Assembly: GCA_963749655.1 (NCBI GenBank)
Contig: CAVVOB010000024.1
Coordinates: 128,001-192,000, forward strand
Direction: 5' to 3'
Length of the DNA: 64,000 nucleotides
DNA from: Nitrospirota bacterium
GTDB lineage: Bacteria > Nitrospirota > UBA9217
In this document: one piece after another, positions 19,747-31,462 of the stretch
Numbering within the stretch: position 1 is the stretch's first letter
Layout of the letters: the number at the start of each line of letters is the position of its first letter
The notes under the pieces: model-generated
Database searches by the model: none
What the model was told of the DNA's origin: nothing
The model's input: the letters and a program-made list of their open reading frames with translations, nothing else
Program-made: the position numbers and the translations under genes

Positions 19747-20310
19747 TCATCCTGCCTGGAGCCTGCGAACGTCCGCGTTCCGAAGGGCGCCGACCCCCCT
19801 GGTTTGACGAAGCGATGCCGGAGACTTGAGGATCTCTCTGAGCCGCGAGGAGTGGATATGACAGATCGCGGCGGCCAGGGCGTCGGCCGCATCGGCGGGA
19901 TGAGGAATTTTCGGCATGTCAAGAATGGCCTTGACCATCAACTGCACCTGCTTTTTTTCCGCCTTGCCGTGCCCGACGACCGCCTGTTTGACCTCCAGGG
20001 GGGCGTATTCAAACACGGGAAGATCGGCGTTCATGGCTGCAAGGATGGCAACCCCCCGCGCATGCCCCAGTTTCAATGCCGACTTGATGTTCTTCGAAAC
20101 GAAAAGATCCTCGATCACCACGACGTGAGGCCGGTGCTTGCTGATGATTTTTTCAAGTTCCTCATAGATTTTCTTAAGCCGCTTGGGAAAAGGCTGGTTT
20201 GCGGACGGACTGATGCCGCCCGATACGACATGGAACAACTTGTGGTCTTCCTCCGCCACGATCCCGTACCCGCTCGTCAGTGTTCCCGGATCAATTCCCA
20301 GAACTCGCAT
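19747..20310 (-). CDS. ruvC: Holliday junction resolvase RuvC
   Basis: MRVLGIDPG, IEDLF, LGHARG, EYAP.EVK, and DAADALAAAICH. Confidence 0.97.
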   Translation of the reverse strand: MRVLGIDPGTLTSGYGIVAEEDHKLFHVVSGGISPSANQPFPKRLKKIYEELEKIISKHRPHVVVIEDLFVSKNIKSALKLGHARGVAILAAMNADLPVFEYAPLEVKQAVVGHGKAEKKQVQLMVKAILDMPKIPHPADAADALAAAICHIHSSRLREILKSPASLRQTRGVGALRNADVRRLQAG

Positions 20311-20405
20311 ACCGCCCCCCGCATGATCCCGCTCAATGAGCATAATGGGCGATGCCGGAAAGCCTCCCTCCGGCACCGCCTGAACCCAGTTGAACCGATT
20401 CGATT

Positions 20406-21149
20406 TTATTCGGCGTTCATCAATTCTTCAGGAATGTCAAAGTTCGCGTACACGTTCTGCACGTCGTCATTGTCTTCCAGGTTTTCCACGAGGCGCAGCA
20501 TCTGCTGCGCTTCCTTGCCCTGAAGCTGCACATAGGTTTGCGGAATCATGGTGACTTCCGCGACTTCGGGCTGCACTTCGCCGTCTTCGAGGGCTTTTTT
20601 CACCTTCTCAAACTCGTTCGGCGGCGTTGTAATCGCAAAATTGTCGTCCTCGGTCTGCATGTCCTCGGCGCCGGCGTCGAGCGCGAGCGTCATGAGCTTG
20701 TCCTCATCGACCTTGGCGCGGTTGACCACCAGATACCCTTTTTTATTGAACATCCAGGCGACGCAGCCCGCCTCGCCCATGTTGCCTCCGCCCTTGCTGA
20801 AGATGTTCCGGATTTCGGATACCGTCCTGTTCCGGTTATCGGTCAGGACTTCGATGATGACCGCCACGCCGCCGGGTCCGTATCCTTCGTAGGTGATCTC
20901 CTCGTAGGAGACTCCCGGCAGTTCACCGGTGCCCTTCTGGATCGCCCGCTTGATGTTTTCCGCCGGCATGCTGACGCCTTTCGCCTTGGCGACCGCGGTC
21001 CTGAGCCGGGGGTTCCCGTTGGGATCGCCGCCTCCGAGTTTGGCGGCCACGGTGATTTCCTTCGTGATCTTGGTGAAGATCTTGCCGCGTTTTGCGTCAG
21101 TGGCGGCCTTTTTGTGCTTCGTAGTTGCCCACTTCGAATGACCTGACAT
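20406..21149 (-). CDS. yebC: YebC/PmpR family protein
   Basis: [27 protein letters not shown], and DDVQNVY. Confidence 0.97.
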   Translation of the reverse strand: MSGHSKWATTKHKKAATDAKRGKIFTKITKEITVAAKLGGGDPNGNPRLRTAVAKAKGVSMPAENIKRAIQKGTGELPGVSYEEITYEGYGPGGVAVIIEVLTDNRNRTVSEIRNIFSKGGGNMGEAGCVAWMFNKKGYLVVNRAKVDEDKLMTLALDAGAEDMQTEDDNFAITTPPNEFEKVKKALEDGEVQPEVAEVTMIPQTYVQLQGKEAQQMLRLVENLEDNDDVQNVYANFDIPEELMNAE

Positions 21150-21162
21150 GAAGCCTCCCTGT

Positions 21163-21297
21163 AATTCAAATTCCAATTTCCAAATCGCAAATCCCAGGTA
21201 CTATTCAAATTCGAAATTTTAATTTTCAAACCGTTTGGAATTCGGTGTTTGAAATTTGGAGCGTATTTGTAATTTGTCGCTTGTTATTTGATGCTTG
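21163..21297. repeat. Inverted array of about 7-nt CAAAT/ATTTG units (intergenic hairpin cassette)
   Basis: CAAAT-type units on the left arm and ATTTG-type units on the right arm; it is a reverse-oriented relative of 31335-31445. Confidence 0.65.
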
Positions 21298-21299
21298 AT

Positions 21300-22319
21300 C
21301 TACCGCTCCGCAGTCTGCAGGTCGTGCTCCATCTCTTCCTTGAGCTTGGTGAAGATCATCCTGCCTGCCGCGGTCTGAAGTACGCTGGTGACGGAAACGT
21401 CGATGTTCTTGTTGATGTACTTTCTCCCGTTTTCCACGACGATCATCGTCCCGTCGTCGAGGTAGGCCACCCCTTGGCCCGGCTCCTTTCCTTCTTTGAG
21501 CACGAACACCCGCATGCTTTCTCCGGGCAGCGCGACCGGCTTGACCGCGTTCGAGAGATCGTTGATGTTGAGCACTTTGACGCCCTGGAGTTCGGCGACC
21601 TTGTTGAGGTTAAAATCGTTCGTGATCACTTTAGCGCCCAGCTTTTTGGCGAGGGCAATCAGTTTGCTGTCGACATCGCGGATTTTGGGGAAATCCTCAT
21701 CAACGATCCGGACCTCCATGTGGCTCATCTTCTGGATGCGGTGAAGAATATCGAGCCCGCGGCGGCCCCGCGCCCGCTTGAGGGAGTCCGAAGAATCGGC
21801 AATATGCTGAAGTTCGTGCAGGATGAACTGGGGAATGATGATCGTGCCGTCGAGGAACTCCGTTTCGCACACGTCGGCGATTCTGCCGTCGATGATGACG
21901 CTCGTATCCATGATCTTGATGTTCTCTTCAGCGCCGCTCTTGAAGAGTTTCTTGATGTTGGCAGGATTGAACCGTTCACCCTCTCTGACGCCGATCATGA
22001 TGCCGATGTAGCCGAAGAAACCATTCATCAGCAGCAGGATGAAATTGACGATGCTCCGCTCGAGAGGGACGAGCTTGAGCGGCGCCGCGATAATGCTCGC
22101 GGACGTGAGTCCGAGGATAAAGCCGAGGATGCCGCCGATAATGACCTTTAATGAGACCCGTCTGAACAGATATTCGGTAAGAATGATTAGAACCGTGACG
22201 CTGAAACCGACGATCATGCCTTCCAGTTTGCCGACCTGGTCATAGAGCTGGGTGGAAACATAATAGCCCAGCAAAGTGCCCAGACAGACAAAAACCAACC
22301 GTATAAGAATAAGACCCAT
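21300..22319 (-). CDS. Membrane PIN/TRAM domain protein (YacL-like)
   Basis: TM helices, [28 protein letters not shown], and [11 protein letters not shown]; AGGAGG RBS. Confidence 0.93.
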   Translation of the reverse strand: MGLILIRLVFVCLGTLLGYYVSTQLYDQVGKLEGMIVGFSVTVLIILTEYLFRRVSLKVIIGGILGFILGLTSASIIAAPLKLVPLERSIVNFILLLMNGFFGYIGIMIGVREGERFNPANIKKLFKSGAEENIKIMDTSVIIDGRIADVCETEFLDGTIIIPQFILHELQHIADSSDSLKRARGRRGLDILHRIQKMSHMEVRIVDEDFPKIRDVDSKLIALAKKLGAKVITNDFNLNKVAELQGVKVLNINDLSNAVKPVALPGESMRVFVLKEGKEPGQGVAYLDDGTMIVVENGRKYINKNIDVSVTSVLQTAAGRMIFTKLKEEMEHDLQTAER

Positions 22320-22412
22320 TGTTTTCACCTCCTTTTCGTGAGAATTTCGAAATAACGACTTGAAGCGCTCCGTTGCCGTCATGAGGAGCGCACGGCCCCG
22401 TTTGCGCGAAGT

Positions 22413-23913
22413 CTATTCCGGCTTTACCGTGACGAACAGATCCTGTCCCTTCCTGCGGATGAGCAGCAGAATCCGGTCCTTGGGCTTGATCTTCGAGGCG
22501 GCCTTCCGGTAATCCGCCAGTGTCGCAATATCATTCTGGTTGATCTGGAGAATAATATCGCCGGGCCTGATGCCGGCGTCGTAGATCCTGCTCTCGGTGT
22601 CTATCTTCATCACCACGACGCCTTTTTCTCCCTCGTCGAGGCCATAGCGCTGTGCGAGGGCCGGATTGAGTTCACGGACGACCAGCCCGTTCAGGACGGT
22701 ACTCTCTTCTTCGCCGGATCCGCCGGAGTCTTCTTCCTCGGGCACGGCATCAGCCATTTTCTTCGTCAGTTCAGCAATGACCACGTCCATGGCGAGTTCT
22801 TTCTTATGGCGAAGGACCTTGACTTCGACCTTCGAGCCGATCGGCGTCTGGGAAACCATGTTCCTCAGGTGGCCGGTGTCCTCGACGATTTTGCCGTTGT
22901 ACTGAAGAATCACGTCGCCCTGCTTGATCCCTGCCTTTTCCGCAGGGCTTCCTTTCATCACACCGCTCACCAGCGCTCCTTTCAGGTCTTTGACGCCGAA
23001 CTCCTCGGCGAGATCGGAGGTGACCTCCTGGATGCTGACGCCGAGCCAGCCGCGGACCACTTTCTTATACTTGACCAGGCTGTCCATCACCTGCCGTGCC
23101 ATGCTGCTCGGCACCGCGAAACCGATCCCCTGGTAGCCGCCGGTCCGCGACAGGATGGCGGTATTGATGCCGATGAGCTCCCCGCGGGCGTTGATGAGCG
23201 CGCCGCCCGAATTGCCGGGGTTGATGGCCGCATCGGTCTGGATAAAATCCTCATAGTCAGCGATGCCCACATTGGCCCGTGCCCACGGCGCTGATCACGC
23301 CCATGGTCACGGTCTGGTTCAGGCCGAAGGGGTTGCCGATCGCGAAGACGATCTCGCCGACCTTCAGTTTATTGGAATCACCCCAGGGCAGGGCGGACAA
23401 TCCCTTTGCCTCGATCTTGATGACCGCGATGTCGGTTTTCGGATCTGCGCCGATCAGTTTTGCCTTGAAATCCTTCTTGTTCAAGAGCAGGACCTTGATC
23501 TCCTGCGCCTTTTCGATCACATGATTGTTCGTGACGATGTACCCGTCCTCGGAAACGATGACGCCCGAACCCAGGCTCTGTTCCTTGTGTTCCTTCGGAA
23601 CATTCGGGTGCGGGAACTGGTCTCCGAAAAACTTCCGGAAAAAAGGGTCGTCGAACAGATCGAAGGGCGTCTCGTCCCGCGACTTGATCACCCGTGTGGT
23701 CGAGATATTCACGACCGACGGCGTTGCAACCGCTGCGACCTCGGACTGGGCCTCGCTCAGCTGTGTCAGGATGTCGACTGACTTTGACGATATCTGGCTT
23801 TTCGCAGGGAGCGGCGACATGATGCCGAGATGCGATGACAGGATCAGGCCGACGAAGACGCCGAGAGCGAGGACGAGTGCTGAACAAATAAATCTTTTCT
23901 TCTTATCGATCAT
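22413..23913 (-). CDS. degP: HtrA/DegP-family serine protease with two PDZ domains (frameshift near 23280)
   Basis: SLGSGVI, TNNHV, IGNPFGL, then in the next frame [15 protein letters not shown] and RGWLGV. Confidence 0.9.
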
Positions 23914-24081
23914 GATTGCTGCAGTCCTCCGGGATGGGACGAGATCAACGGTGCGGACGCGCATTCTGCTAATTCGGCTATTCTACCAGAAAGAAGCAAG
24001 TCTTTTCAAGCCCTTTTTATTATTGACAAAAACGGCGTGAACATATAATAACGCCGATATCGGTAAGCACGAAGGAGACCT

Positions 24082-25470
24082 ATGGTGACCACTCGACGCC
24101 CGGGAAAAGGGCTGGCCGCGCGTCACCTCGAAAAACTGGACAAACAGTACGTCTGGCATCCCTTTACCCAGATGCAGGATTGGGTAAAAGAGCCCCAGCT
24201 GATCATCGAAAGCGGAAAAGGGTGCACTCTCACCGACGTCCACGGCAAGACCTTTCTGGACGGGGTATCTTCGCTCTGGGTGACGGTCCACGGCCACCGG
24301 AAAAAAGAGATCGACGCTGCGGTTTCGGCGCAGCTCAAGAAAATCGCCCACTCCACCCTGCTCGGCCTGTCCAATGTCCCTGCCGTGCTGTTGGCCGAGA
24401 AACTGGTCACGATCGCCCCGAAGGGGCTTTCCAAAGTATTCTATTCCGACAGCGGGTCAACGGCAGTGGAGATCGCGCTCAAGATCGCCTTCCAGTACTG
24501 GCAGCAGAAAGGGCCGGAGTATCAGCGCAAAACCGGGTTTATTTCCCTCACCGAGGCGTATCACGGCGACACCATCGGATCGGTGAGCGTCGGCGGGATC
24601 GACCTCTTCCATTCGCTTTACAAGCCGCTCCTGTTCCAGACCCGCAAAATAGAATCCCCCTATTGCTATCGCTGCAAGTACGGCCTGACCTTTCCGGAAT
24701 GCCAAAAGACCTGCTTCGTCCATGCCGAGAGGACCATCCAGAAATACGCTTCCGTAACCGCGGCCCTGGTCATTGAACCGCTGGTCCAGGGAGCGGCCGG
24801 CATGCTGATGCAGCCGGCAGGATATCTTAAGCGGATCCGCGAACTCTGCACGGAGCACAACATCCTGATGATCGCCGATGAAGTGGCGACGGGTTTCGGC
24901 AGGACAGGCAAGATGTTCGCCTGCGAGCATGAAGGCGTGACGCCGGACATCCTCTGCACGGCCAAAGGAATCACGGGCGGATACCTCCCCCTGGCCGCCA
25001 CGCTTACCTCGGAAGAAATCTATCAGGCGTTCCTCGGAGCCTACCAGGAGTTCAGGGCGTTCTTTCACGGCCATACCTACACGGGAAATCCGCTTGCCTG
25101 TGCGGCGGCCATCGCCAACATCGACCTGTTCAGGAAAGAGAAGACGCTGACAAAGCTCCAGCCGAAGATACGGCTGCTCGCCAAGGAATTGAAGCGATTT
25201 TACGGGCTGGACCATGTCGGTGAAATAAGACAGCAAGGGTTCATGGTAGGCATCGAACTGGTGAAAAACAGGTTGACGAGAATACCCTACCCTCCCGAGG
25301 ACAAGATCGGCATCCGGGTGATCCGTGAATGCAGGAAACAGGGTCTCATTCTCCGGCCGCTCGGGAATGTCATCGTTCTTATGCCGCCGCTCACGATGTC
25401 TCCGGCGGAGCTGACGCGCATGCTGCAGATCACCTATACATCCATAAAAACAGTCACGGAAAACCCTTGA
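24082..25470 (+). CDS. bioA: Adenosylmethionine-8-amino-7-oxononanoate aminotransferase
   Basis: VWHPFTQM, DSGSTAVE, YHGDT, ADEVATGFGRTG, AKGITGG, HGHTY, and LRPLG. Confidence 0.96.
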   Translation: MVTTRRPGKGLAARHLEKLDKQYVWHPFTQMQDWVKEPQLIIESGKGCTLTDVHGKTFLDGVSSLWVTVHGHRKKEIDAAVSAQLKKIAHSTLLGLSNVPAVLLAEKLVTIAPKGLSKVFYSDSGSTAVEIALKIAFQYWQQKGPEYQRKTGFISLTEAYHGDTIGSVSVGGIDLFHSLYKPLLFQTRKIESPYCYRCKYGLTFPECQKTCFVHAERTIQKYASVTAALVIEPLVQGAAGMLMQPAGYLKRIRELCTEHNILMIADEVATGFGRTGKMFACEHEGVTPDILCTAKGITGGYLPLAATLTSEEIYQAFLGAYQEFRAFFHGHTYTGNPLACAAAIANIDLFRKEKTLTKLQPKIRLLAKELKRFYGLDHVGEIRQQGFMVGIELVKNRLTRIPYPPEDKIGIRVIRECRKQGLILRPLGNVIVLMPPLTMSPAELTRMLQITYTSIKTVTENP

Positions 25471-25808
25471 GACAACTGCCGGTAGGACTGATCGGCTGCG
25501 TCGAGAGCGAATCGCTAGTCCCTCATCCCCCCCCCCGTGCAGCCAACCTCTGAAACAGCGAAAGTATGACGGTCAAAACGGGTCTTGCCGGCAGACCTCA
25601 GCCTCTCCCAGCCTCCCGCTCGCCAAAATTCCGGTTCTTATCGTAAAAATCTACGACCCTATTGTATTCTTCCCTGTGAATAACATGCGGGAACGTTTGA
25701 ATTGCTCGGAAGCCTGCTCGCGGAATAAGATGCTGAACAGAAATGCGAAGAGTACCTTTCAAAATTTGACAGGACCATTCCGAAGCAGCACCGTCGATCT
25801 GCGGGCAC

Positions 25809-26459
25809 TCAAGGCTTCTGCTCCTGATCTGCGTCCGGCTGGCCCGTAGATCCCTCGTTGCCCACCTGTTCTACAAATGCGTTGAACTCCCTGATTTTTT
25901 GAGCCGTCTTTTTTCCCTTTTCCTCTCTTTCTCGCTGCGCCTCCGACGCGCTTTTCCCCACCCGGTCAAAGAGGTGAACGACATCCATAGTATGGGCATA
26001 GAGCAGAAAGACGGACACCCCCCACAAAATGACGAGGCGGACGATCTTGACGGCTTTTTCGTAGTCACTGCTCAGAATGCCGAGGATGGAAAATGCGAAC
26101 AGAGCGCTTACCACGACGATGAGCGAGATCAAGATTCTGCGGCTGAAAGGATTTCTTTCGGCGGTCACGGAAGTGGCTGCTGCCATAGGAGCCGGCGTCT
26201 CGATTGACGACGATCCCGTCGGAGACTGGTCCTGGGGCCTGCTTTGCGGTTGAGAACTTTTCTCTTTCTCCGGTTCTCCGCCGACAATTTTTGCCGAAGA
26301 TCTGAATTGCACAGGAATGGTCTGGAGGTCGTCGGCAAAATTGATCAGCCCGTCATTGTCGACATACTTGAATATCGCGGCCGACCCTTCCTGCACCAGT
26401 ACCAAACCGAGAACGCAGGCAATGCCTATCAGCATAAATACGAGCGTTGATCGCATCAC
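25809..26459 (-). CDS. DUF4124-like domain membrane protein
   Basis: Signal peptide, IFKYVDNDG.INFAD..IP motif, linker, and two TM helices. Confidence 0.65.
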   Translation of the reverse strand: MMRSTLVFMLIGIACVLGLVLVQEGSAAIFKYVDNDGLINFADDLQTIPVQFRSSAKIVGGEPEKEKSSQPQSRPQDQSPTGSSSIETPAPMAAATSVTAERNPFSRRILISLIVVVSALFAFSILGILSSDYEKAVKIVRLVILWGVSVFLLYAHTMDVVHLFDRVGKSASEAQREREEKGKKTAQKIREFNAFVEQVGNEGSTGQPDADQEQKP

Positions 26460-26869
26460 GATCCTCCCTGAGCTTTGAGATGCAGAACTATAGATAAATC
26501 GTCGTTGAATGTCAATATGTTCAAAGGGGTATTTTTAGGGTATGCCGCATCATTCAGAACCGTTACTCATTTACACGATCCGGGAGGAATTTTTCTTAAG
26601 CACAGCGCTTTTTCAGCAGTTACTATCGTAACGAACGGACGCAATTGATCATACGAAAACGCGTTCTGCACCGACTTGCAGGCGTCAGGCGCGAGCGGAC
26701 ACTTCTATATTCATCCTGAAACGGACAAGGAGTTCCGAGCAGCAGGAGAATAACCTGCTGACAATGACCCGACCTTTAGCGTATACTGTCGCCAGGCTGC
26801 AAGGGACCTATCCGACGGCTGCATGATGCTTATCGCATCATCTCTTTCTGAAAAACACGATACTCTCAT

Positions 26870-28120
26870 TTGGAGAAAACTGTGGTGAACAGAAAACAAA
26901 TTGCAAGCTGGTGTCTGTTCGATTTTGCCAACTCAAGCTACTCTGCCGTGATCGCCGCCGTCATCTTCCCGGTCTATTACACCTCAATCATCGTCGGTAA
27001 CCGTTCCGGGGAAGGAGATCTCTGGTGGGGACGGGCCATATCCTCGAGCATGCTTTTTATCGCCCTCTCTTCCCCCTTTCTCGGAGGAATTGCGGATTAT
27101 GCAGGCTCTCGGAAAAAACTCCTGGCATTATACACCGCAGTGTGCGTCTCCGCCGTAGCGGGGCTTTCCATCCTTGTACCCGGTGCCGTTGTTCCGGGTT
27201 TTATCCTGATCGTCCTGGCAAACATCGGCATGGAAGGCGGGTTGGTATTCTACAATTCGTTCCTGCCCACGATCGCTCCCCCGGAATACCAGGGACGCGT
27301 ATCGAGTTGGGGCTTTTCCATCGGCTATGCAGGTTCGATCGCGTCCCTTCTCATGGCGCTTCCGCTCGTAAAGAATACACACTATGGCCCGGCCTGGATC
27401 GCCACGGCGGCATTCTTCGCGATCTTTTCCCTGCCTGCATTCCTGTTCCTGCCGGAAGACAGGCGCGAAGGAACTTCTCTGAAAGAAGCGGGATCGAAGG
27501 GTGTCCGACAGGCGTTGAGGACGCTGAAAGAGCTCTGGCAAAGGCCGGAACCGAGAAAATTCCTGATCGCCTATCTTTTTTATGAGGACGGCGTTAATAC
27601 GGTCATCGTTTTTTCAAGCATCTATGCGGCAACAACCCTTCACTTCGCCGCCACCGAGCTTGTAGGCCTCTATATAACCGTCCAGGTGACTGCACTACTC
27701 GGCGCCTTCGCCCTTGCCAGGCCCACGGACACCTGGGGCCCCAAGAAGATCGTCGTGCTTTCCCTTTTTCTCTGGACAGTCGTTGCGGTCTCAGCCTTTT
27801 TCGTGGAGACTGGGATGCAGTTCTGGGCGGTGGCCTGCACGGCCGGGCTCGGCCTGGGCACCGTGCAGGCCGGGACCCGCGCCTTCTATGCGCAATTCAT
27901 CCCGCCGGGGAGGGAAGCGGAATATTTCGGCGTCTATTCCCTTGTGGGGAAATCATCAGCGATCATGGGGCCTTTGGTGTTCGGCTTCGTGTCTTCCTCT
28001 TTCGGCAGCCAGCGGCCGGCAATTCTTTCAATAGCGCTGTTCTTCATTGTCGGCCTGATTCTTCTGAACGAAGTGAAAGGCGGCGGACCGAACGTACAGT
28101 CAGGACCGCAGAAATCATAG
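26870..28120 (+). CDS. MFS transporter, UMF1/ATG22-like
   Basis: SWCLFDFANS, LGGIADY, FYNSFLP, GRVSSWG, and EYFGVY..GK; about 12 TM helices. Confidence 0.88.
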   Translation: MEKTVVNRKQIASWCLFDFANSSYSAVIAAVIFPVYYTSIIVGNRSGEGDLWWGRAISSSMLFIALSSPFLGGIADYAGSRKKLLALYTAVCVSAVAGLSILVPGAVVPGFILIVLANIGMEGGLVFYNSFLPTIAPPEYQGRVSSWGFSIGYAGSIASLLMALPLVKNTHYGPAWIATAAFFAIFSLPAFLFLPEDRREGTSLKEAGSKGVRQALRTLKELWQRPEPRKFLIAYLFYEDGVNTVIVFSSIYAATTLHFAATELVGLYITVQVTALLGAFALARPTDTWGPKKIVVLSLFLWTVVAVSAFFVETGMQFWAVACTAGLGLGTVQAGTRAFYAQFIPPGREAEYFGVYSLVGKSSAIMGPLVFGFVSSSFGSQRPAILSIALFFIVGLILLNEVKGGGPNVQSGPQKS

Positions 28121-28516
28121 GGCAGGATTGAATAATGATCGATAACGCTTCTGGAATCCCGATTCTTACGGCAGCAGTTTCCGGCCGACTCGAACGAACT
28201 GCCGGCTTCATTAGGGAAATGCATCGACCCGAGTTTGTAACAGCATTTCATGGTTTTCGATTCGATTCCCTTCCTTCGGACGGGCTCTCTGCACCGCCGA
28301 AGAAAGCCGGGATACTCCTGTTCGGTCACTCCTTACAAAAACACTCCCCTTCTTCCCGGAGGGTAAGGTTCCGGTAATGTGTCATAGAGTCAACAATACT
28401 TTTCAAAATTCGCATAGGTGCCATTTCCGTCCTGTCAATTGTTCCCGGTATTTTTTCTTGACAAATCGGGAGCTTCTCTATATAATTCGTCACTTGCAGC
28501 CCCTGGAGTAAAAGCA

Positions 28517-29035
28517 ATGGGCATCAAAATCAAAGACATACCGCCTGAGGGGCTGTCACTGAAATTGGAGCAGCAGCTCGATCTTTTCGATCAGGGCAGC
28601 GCGTCGACCACGTTCACCGCGGTCCTGAATATCGCCCCGGGCGGAAACGGCGTCATCCATATCTCGGGGCGCGTCAAGGCGGTTCCTGTCCTGGAATGCA
28701 GCCGCTGCCTCGAACGCTTCGGTTTCAGCATAGACTCGGAAGTGAATATCGATCTTGCTCCGGTGAGTTCGCTCAGCGGCGGTGCAGAGCATGAGCTCGG
28801 CGGCGCGGAACTCGACATGGAGTTTTACGACGGTGAGGAAGTCGAGCCTGTTGACATTATAAAAGAGCAGATGCTCATTTCCCTGCCCATGGTCCCGCTT
28901 CACAGTCCCGGCTGCAAGGGTCTTTGCACCGTCTGCGGGGCGGACCTGAATAAAACAGATTGCGGTCATCAGCGGAATGCACCGGGAGACTTCGGTGCAT
29001 TTTCAGCGTTGAAGGATTTCCTGAAAAAACAATAA
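28517..29035 (+). CDS. yceD: YceD/DUF177 family protein
   Basis: ECSRCL and CKGLC.VCG.DLN motifs; canonical position before rpmF. Confidence 0.9.
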   Translation: MGIKIKDIPPEGLSLKLEQQLDLFDQGSASTTFTAVLNIAPGGNGVIHISGRVKAVPVLECSRCLERFGFSIDSEVNIDLAPVSSLSGGAEHELGGAELDMEFYDGEEVEPVDIIKEQMLISLPMVPLHSPGCKGLCTVCGADLNKTDCGHQRNAPGDFGAFSALKDFLKKQ

Positions 29036-29053
29036 AAGGAGCTTATTACCACC

Positions 29054-29239
29054 ATGGCAAACCCAAAACACAGACATTCCAAGTCCCGCAGGGACAAGCG
29101 ACGCACGGAAAAACAAAAACTCATGGCCCCGAACCTTGCCGTATGCCCGCAATGTCAGGAGGTCAAGAAGCCCCATCATGCCTGCCTGTCATGCGGAACC
29201 TATAACGGCCGCGAGGTCGTGACTGTTCAGCAGATCTAA
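29054..29239 (+). CDS. rpmF: 50S ribosomal protein L32
   Basis: MANPKHRHSKSRRDKRR and CPQC...HHACLSCGTYNGR. Confidence 0.97.
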   Translation: MANPKHRHSKSRRDKRRTEKQKLMAPNLAVCPQCQEVKKPHHACLSCGTYNGREVVTVQQI

Positions 29240-29252
29240 TCAAGGCTTGCTC

Positions 29253-29304
29253 AAAGGCAAAGGGATGATACTGGACGGAGTACCGGTATGTCCCTTTGCC
29301 TTTT
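29253..29304 (+). terminator. Hairpin or partial terminator between rpmF and plsX
   Basis: AAAGGCAAAGGGA...TCCCTTTGCCTTTT inverted repeat. Confidence 0.55.
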
Positions 29305-29322
29305 ATATTGTAGGGAGTCGTC

Positions 29323-30336
29323 ATGAAGATTGCCGTTGATGCGATGGGGGGGGACAACGCGCCGCAAGCCATCGTCGCCGGAGCGGTGCAGGCGGCGAAG
29401 GAATTCGGCGTCGGCATCATCCTGGTGGGCATCGAGCAGGTTGTTCTCGAAGAACTGGCCAGACACCAGCAGGCAAAAACGCTTCCGATCGAAGTCAGGA
29501 ACGCCACGGAAGTGGTGGATATGCTCGACTCCCCTGCCACGGTCTTCCGCCGGAAAAAGAACTCCTCCATCCGGGTGGCCAATGATCTCGTTAAAAGCGG
29601 CGAGGCGGTTGCCGTCATCAGCGCGGGGCATACCGGGGCTGCAATGGCCACCTCCCTGTTCGTGCTCGGTCCGGTGGAAGGAGTGGAGCGCCCTGCGATT
29701 GCGACGTTCATGCCTTCGCTTCGGGGTACGTCCCTCATCCTGGATATGGGTGCAAACGTGGACTGCAAGCCGAACCATCTGCTGCAGTTCGCTATCATGG
29801 GTGATGTCTACGCCAAATATCTGCTGAAGATCGCGAATCCCCGCGTGGGCCTGCTGTCCATCGGAGAGGAAGAGACGAAGGGAAATGAGCTGACGAAGGA
29901 AGCTTTCAAGCTCCTGACGGAGACCTCTCTCAACTTCATCGGAAATGTCGAGGGACGGGACGTCATGTCGGGCAAAGCGGACGTTATCGTCTGCGATGGT
30001 TTCATCGGCAATGTCGTGTTGAAGGTCTCGGAAGCCGTCGCTGAAACCGTGGGGCTCTTCCTGAAGGAGGACATCGAGAAAAGCCTCATCAGGAAACTCG
30101 GCTATCTGCTCGTGCGGCCGGCCTTCCGTAATCTGAAGCGCCGCGTCGACTACGCGGAATACGGCGGCGCGCCGCTTGTCGGCATCAACGGCATCAGCAT
30201 CATCAGCCACGGACGGTCCTCGGACCGGGCCATCAAGAATGCCGTACGGGTAGCCGCCGATCTCGCAAAGAGCGAGGTCAACAAACACATACACGAGGAC
30301 ATTCAAAAGAATATGGAGCTTGCCAAAACCAAATGA
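29323..30336 (+). CDS. plsX: Phosphate acyltransferase PlsX
   Basis: IAVDAMGGD, SAGHTGA, LDMGANVD, GNVEG, DGFIGN, and YGGAPL.G. Confidence 0.97.
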   Translation: MKIAVDAMGGDNAPQAIVAGAVQAAKEFGVGIILVGIEQVVLEELARHQQAKTLPIEVRNATEVVDMLDSPATVFRRKKNSSIRVANDLVKSGEAVAVISAGHTGAAMATSLFVLGPVEGVERPAIATFMPSLRGTSLILDMGANVDCKPNHLLQFAIMGDVYAKYLLKIANPRVGLLSIGEEETKGNELTKEAFKLLTETSLNFIGNVEGRDVMSGKADVIVCDGFIGNVVLKVSEAVAETVGLFLKEDIEKSLIRKLGYLLVRPAFRNLKRRVDYAEYGGAPLVGINGISIISHGRSSDRAIKNAVRVAADLAKSEVNKHIHEDIQKNMELAKTK

Positions 30337-31313
30337 TCCATGCGCGAATTACAGGAACAGGTTCCTATGTACCGAAAAAGATCATCACGAATCAGGACCT
30401 GGAAAAACTCGTTGACACGAGCGATCAATGGATCATCGAGCGGACCGGCATCAAGGAACGCAGGATAGCGGAAAAAGGGCAGACCACCTCGGACCTGGCC
30501 TTCGAGGCAAGCAAAAAGGCCCTCAAGGCAGCCGGTCTCGGACCGGAGGAACTGGACCTCATCCTGGTCGCGACGATGACTCCGGACATGATTCTGCCGA
30601 GCGTAAGCTGCGTGCTCCAGGAAAAACTAGGAGCCCGAAAGGCGGCTTCCTTCGATCTCTATGCCGCCTGTTCCGGCTTTATCTACGGAATGTCCGTAGC
30701 GAACGCTTTCATCAAGGCCGACCTGTATAAAAACATCCTGCTGGTCGGCGCCGAAGTCCTGTCCCGGTTCACGGACTGGGAAGACCGGACCACCTGCATA
30801 CTCTTCGGGGACGGAGCGGGCGCTGCAGTGATCCAGCGCCAGTCCGGCAAACGGGGCATTCTTTCGACGCACCTGCATTCCGACGGATCGCTCGGCGATC
30901 TGATCCACGTTCCCGCCGGCGGAGCCCAGCACCCGGCATCGCACGACACCATCCGCAAACGGATGCACTTCATCAAGATGAAGGGCAATGAGACCTTCAA
31001 GGCGGCTGTGCGGGCTCTTGAGGACGTGGTTGAGGAAGCGTTGGAGCACAACAAGGTAAAACCGGAGGAGATCGATTTCATGGTCCCGCACCAGGCCAAT
31101 CTGCGGATCATCCAGGCCATGGCGCAGCGCCTGAACATGCCCATGGAAAAGGTCGTGCTCACGCTGCCCAAGTACGGCAATACCTCTGCGGCCTCGATCC
31201 CCATGGCCCTGGATGAAGCGGTCCGGGACGGCAGGATCAAGGACAATCACCTCCTCCTGTTCGAGGCCTTCGGCGGCGGCCTGACCTGGGCATCGGCGCT
31301 GGTAAGATGGTGA
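30333..31313 (+). CDS. fabH: 3-oxoacyl-ACP synthase III
   Basis: AACSGF, FGDGAGA, PHQANLRI, GNTSAAS, and FGGGLTW. Confidence 0.97.
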   Translation: MIHARITGTGSYVPKKIITNQDLEKLVDTSDQWIIERTGIKERRIAEKGQTTSDLAFEASKKALKAAGLGPEELDLILVATMTPDMILPSVSCVLQEKLGARKAASFDLYAACSGFIYGMSVANAFIKADLYKNILLVGAEVLSRFTDWEDRTTCILFGDGAGAAVIQRQSGKRGILSTHLHSDGSLGDLIHVPAGGAQHPASHDTIRKRMHFIKMKGNETFKAAVRALEDVVEEALEHNKVKPEEIDFMVPHQANLRIIQAMAQRLNMPMEKVVLTLPKYGNTSAASIPMALDEAVRDGRIKDNHLLLFEAFGGGLTWASALVRW

Positions 31314-31334
31314 AACAGGACAAACACCACGTGG

Positions 31335-31445
31335 CAAGCATCAAATTTCAAACAAACTCCAGATACGAAATGTAAAACGTTTCAGAGAGTGAAATTCCGT
31401 ATTTAGAATTTATTTGTGATTTGTTATTTGGAATTTGAAATTTTC
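31335..31445. repeat. Inverted array of about 7-nt CAAAT/ATTTG units (intergenic hairpin cassette)
   Basis: Starts CAAGCATCAAAT (reverse complement of 21286-21297) and ends gatttgttatttggaatttgaaattt. Confidence 0.65.
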
Positions 31446-31462
31446 TGTAATCGGAGGATGTC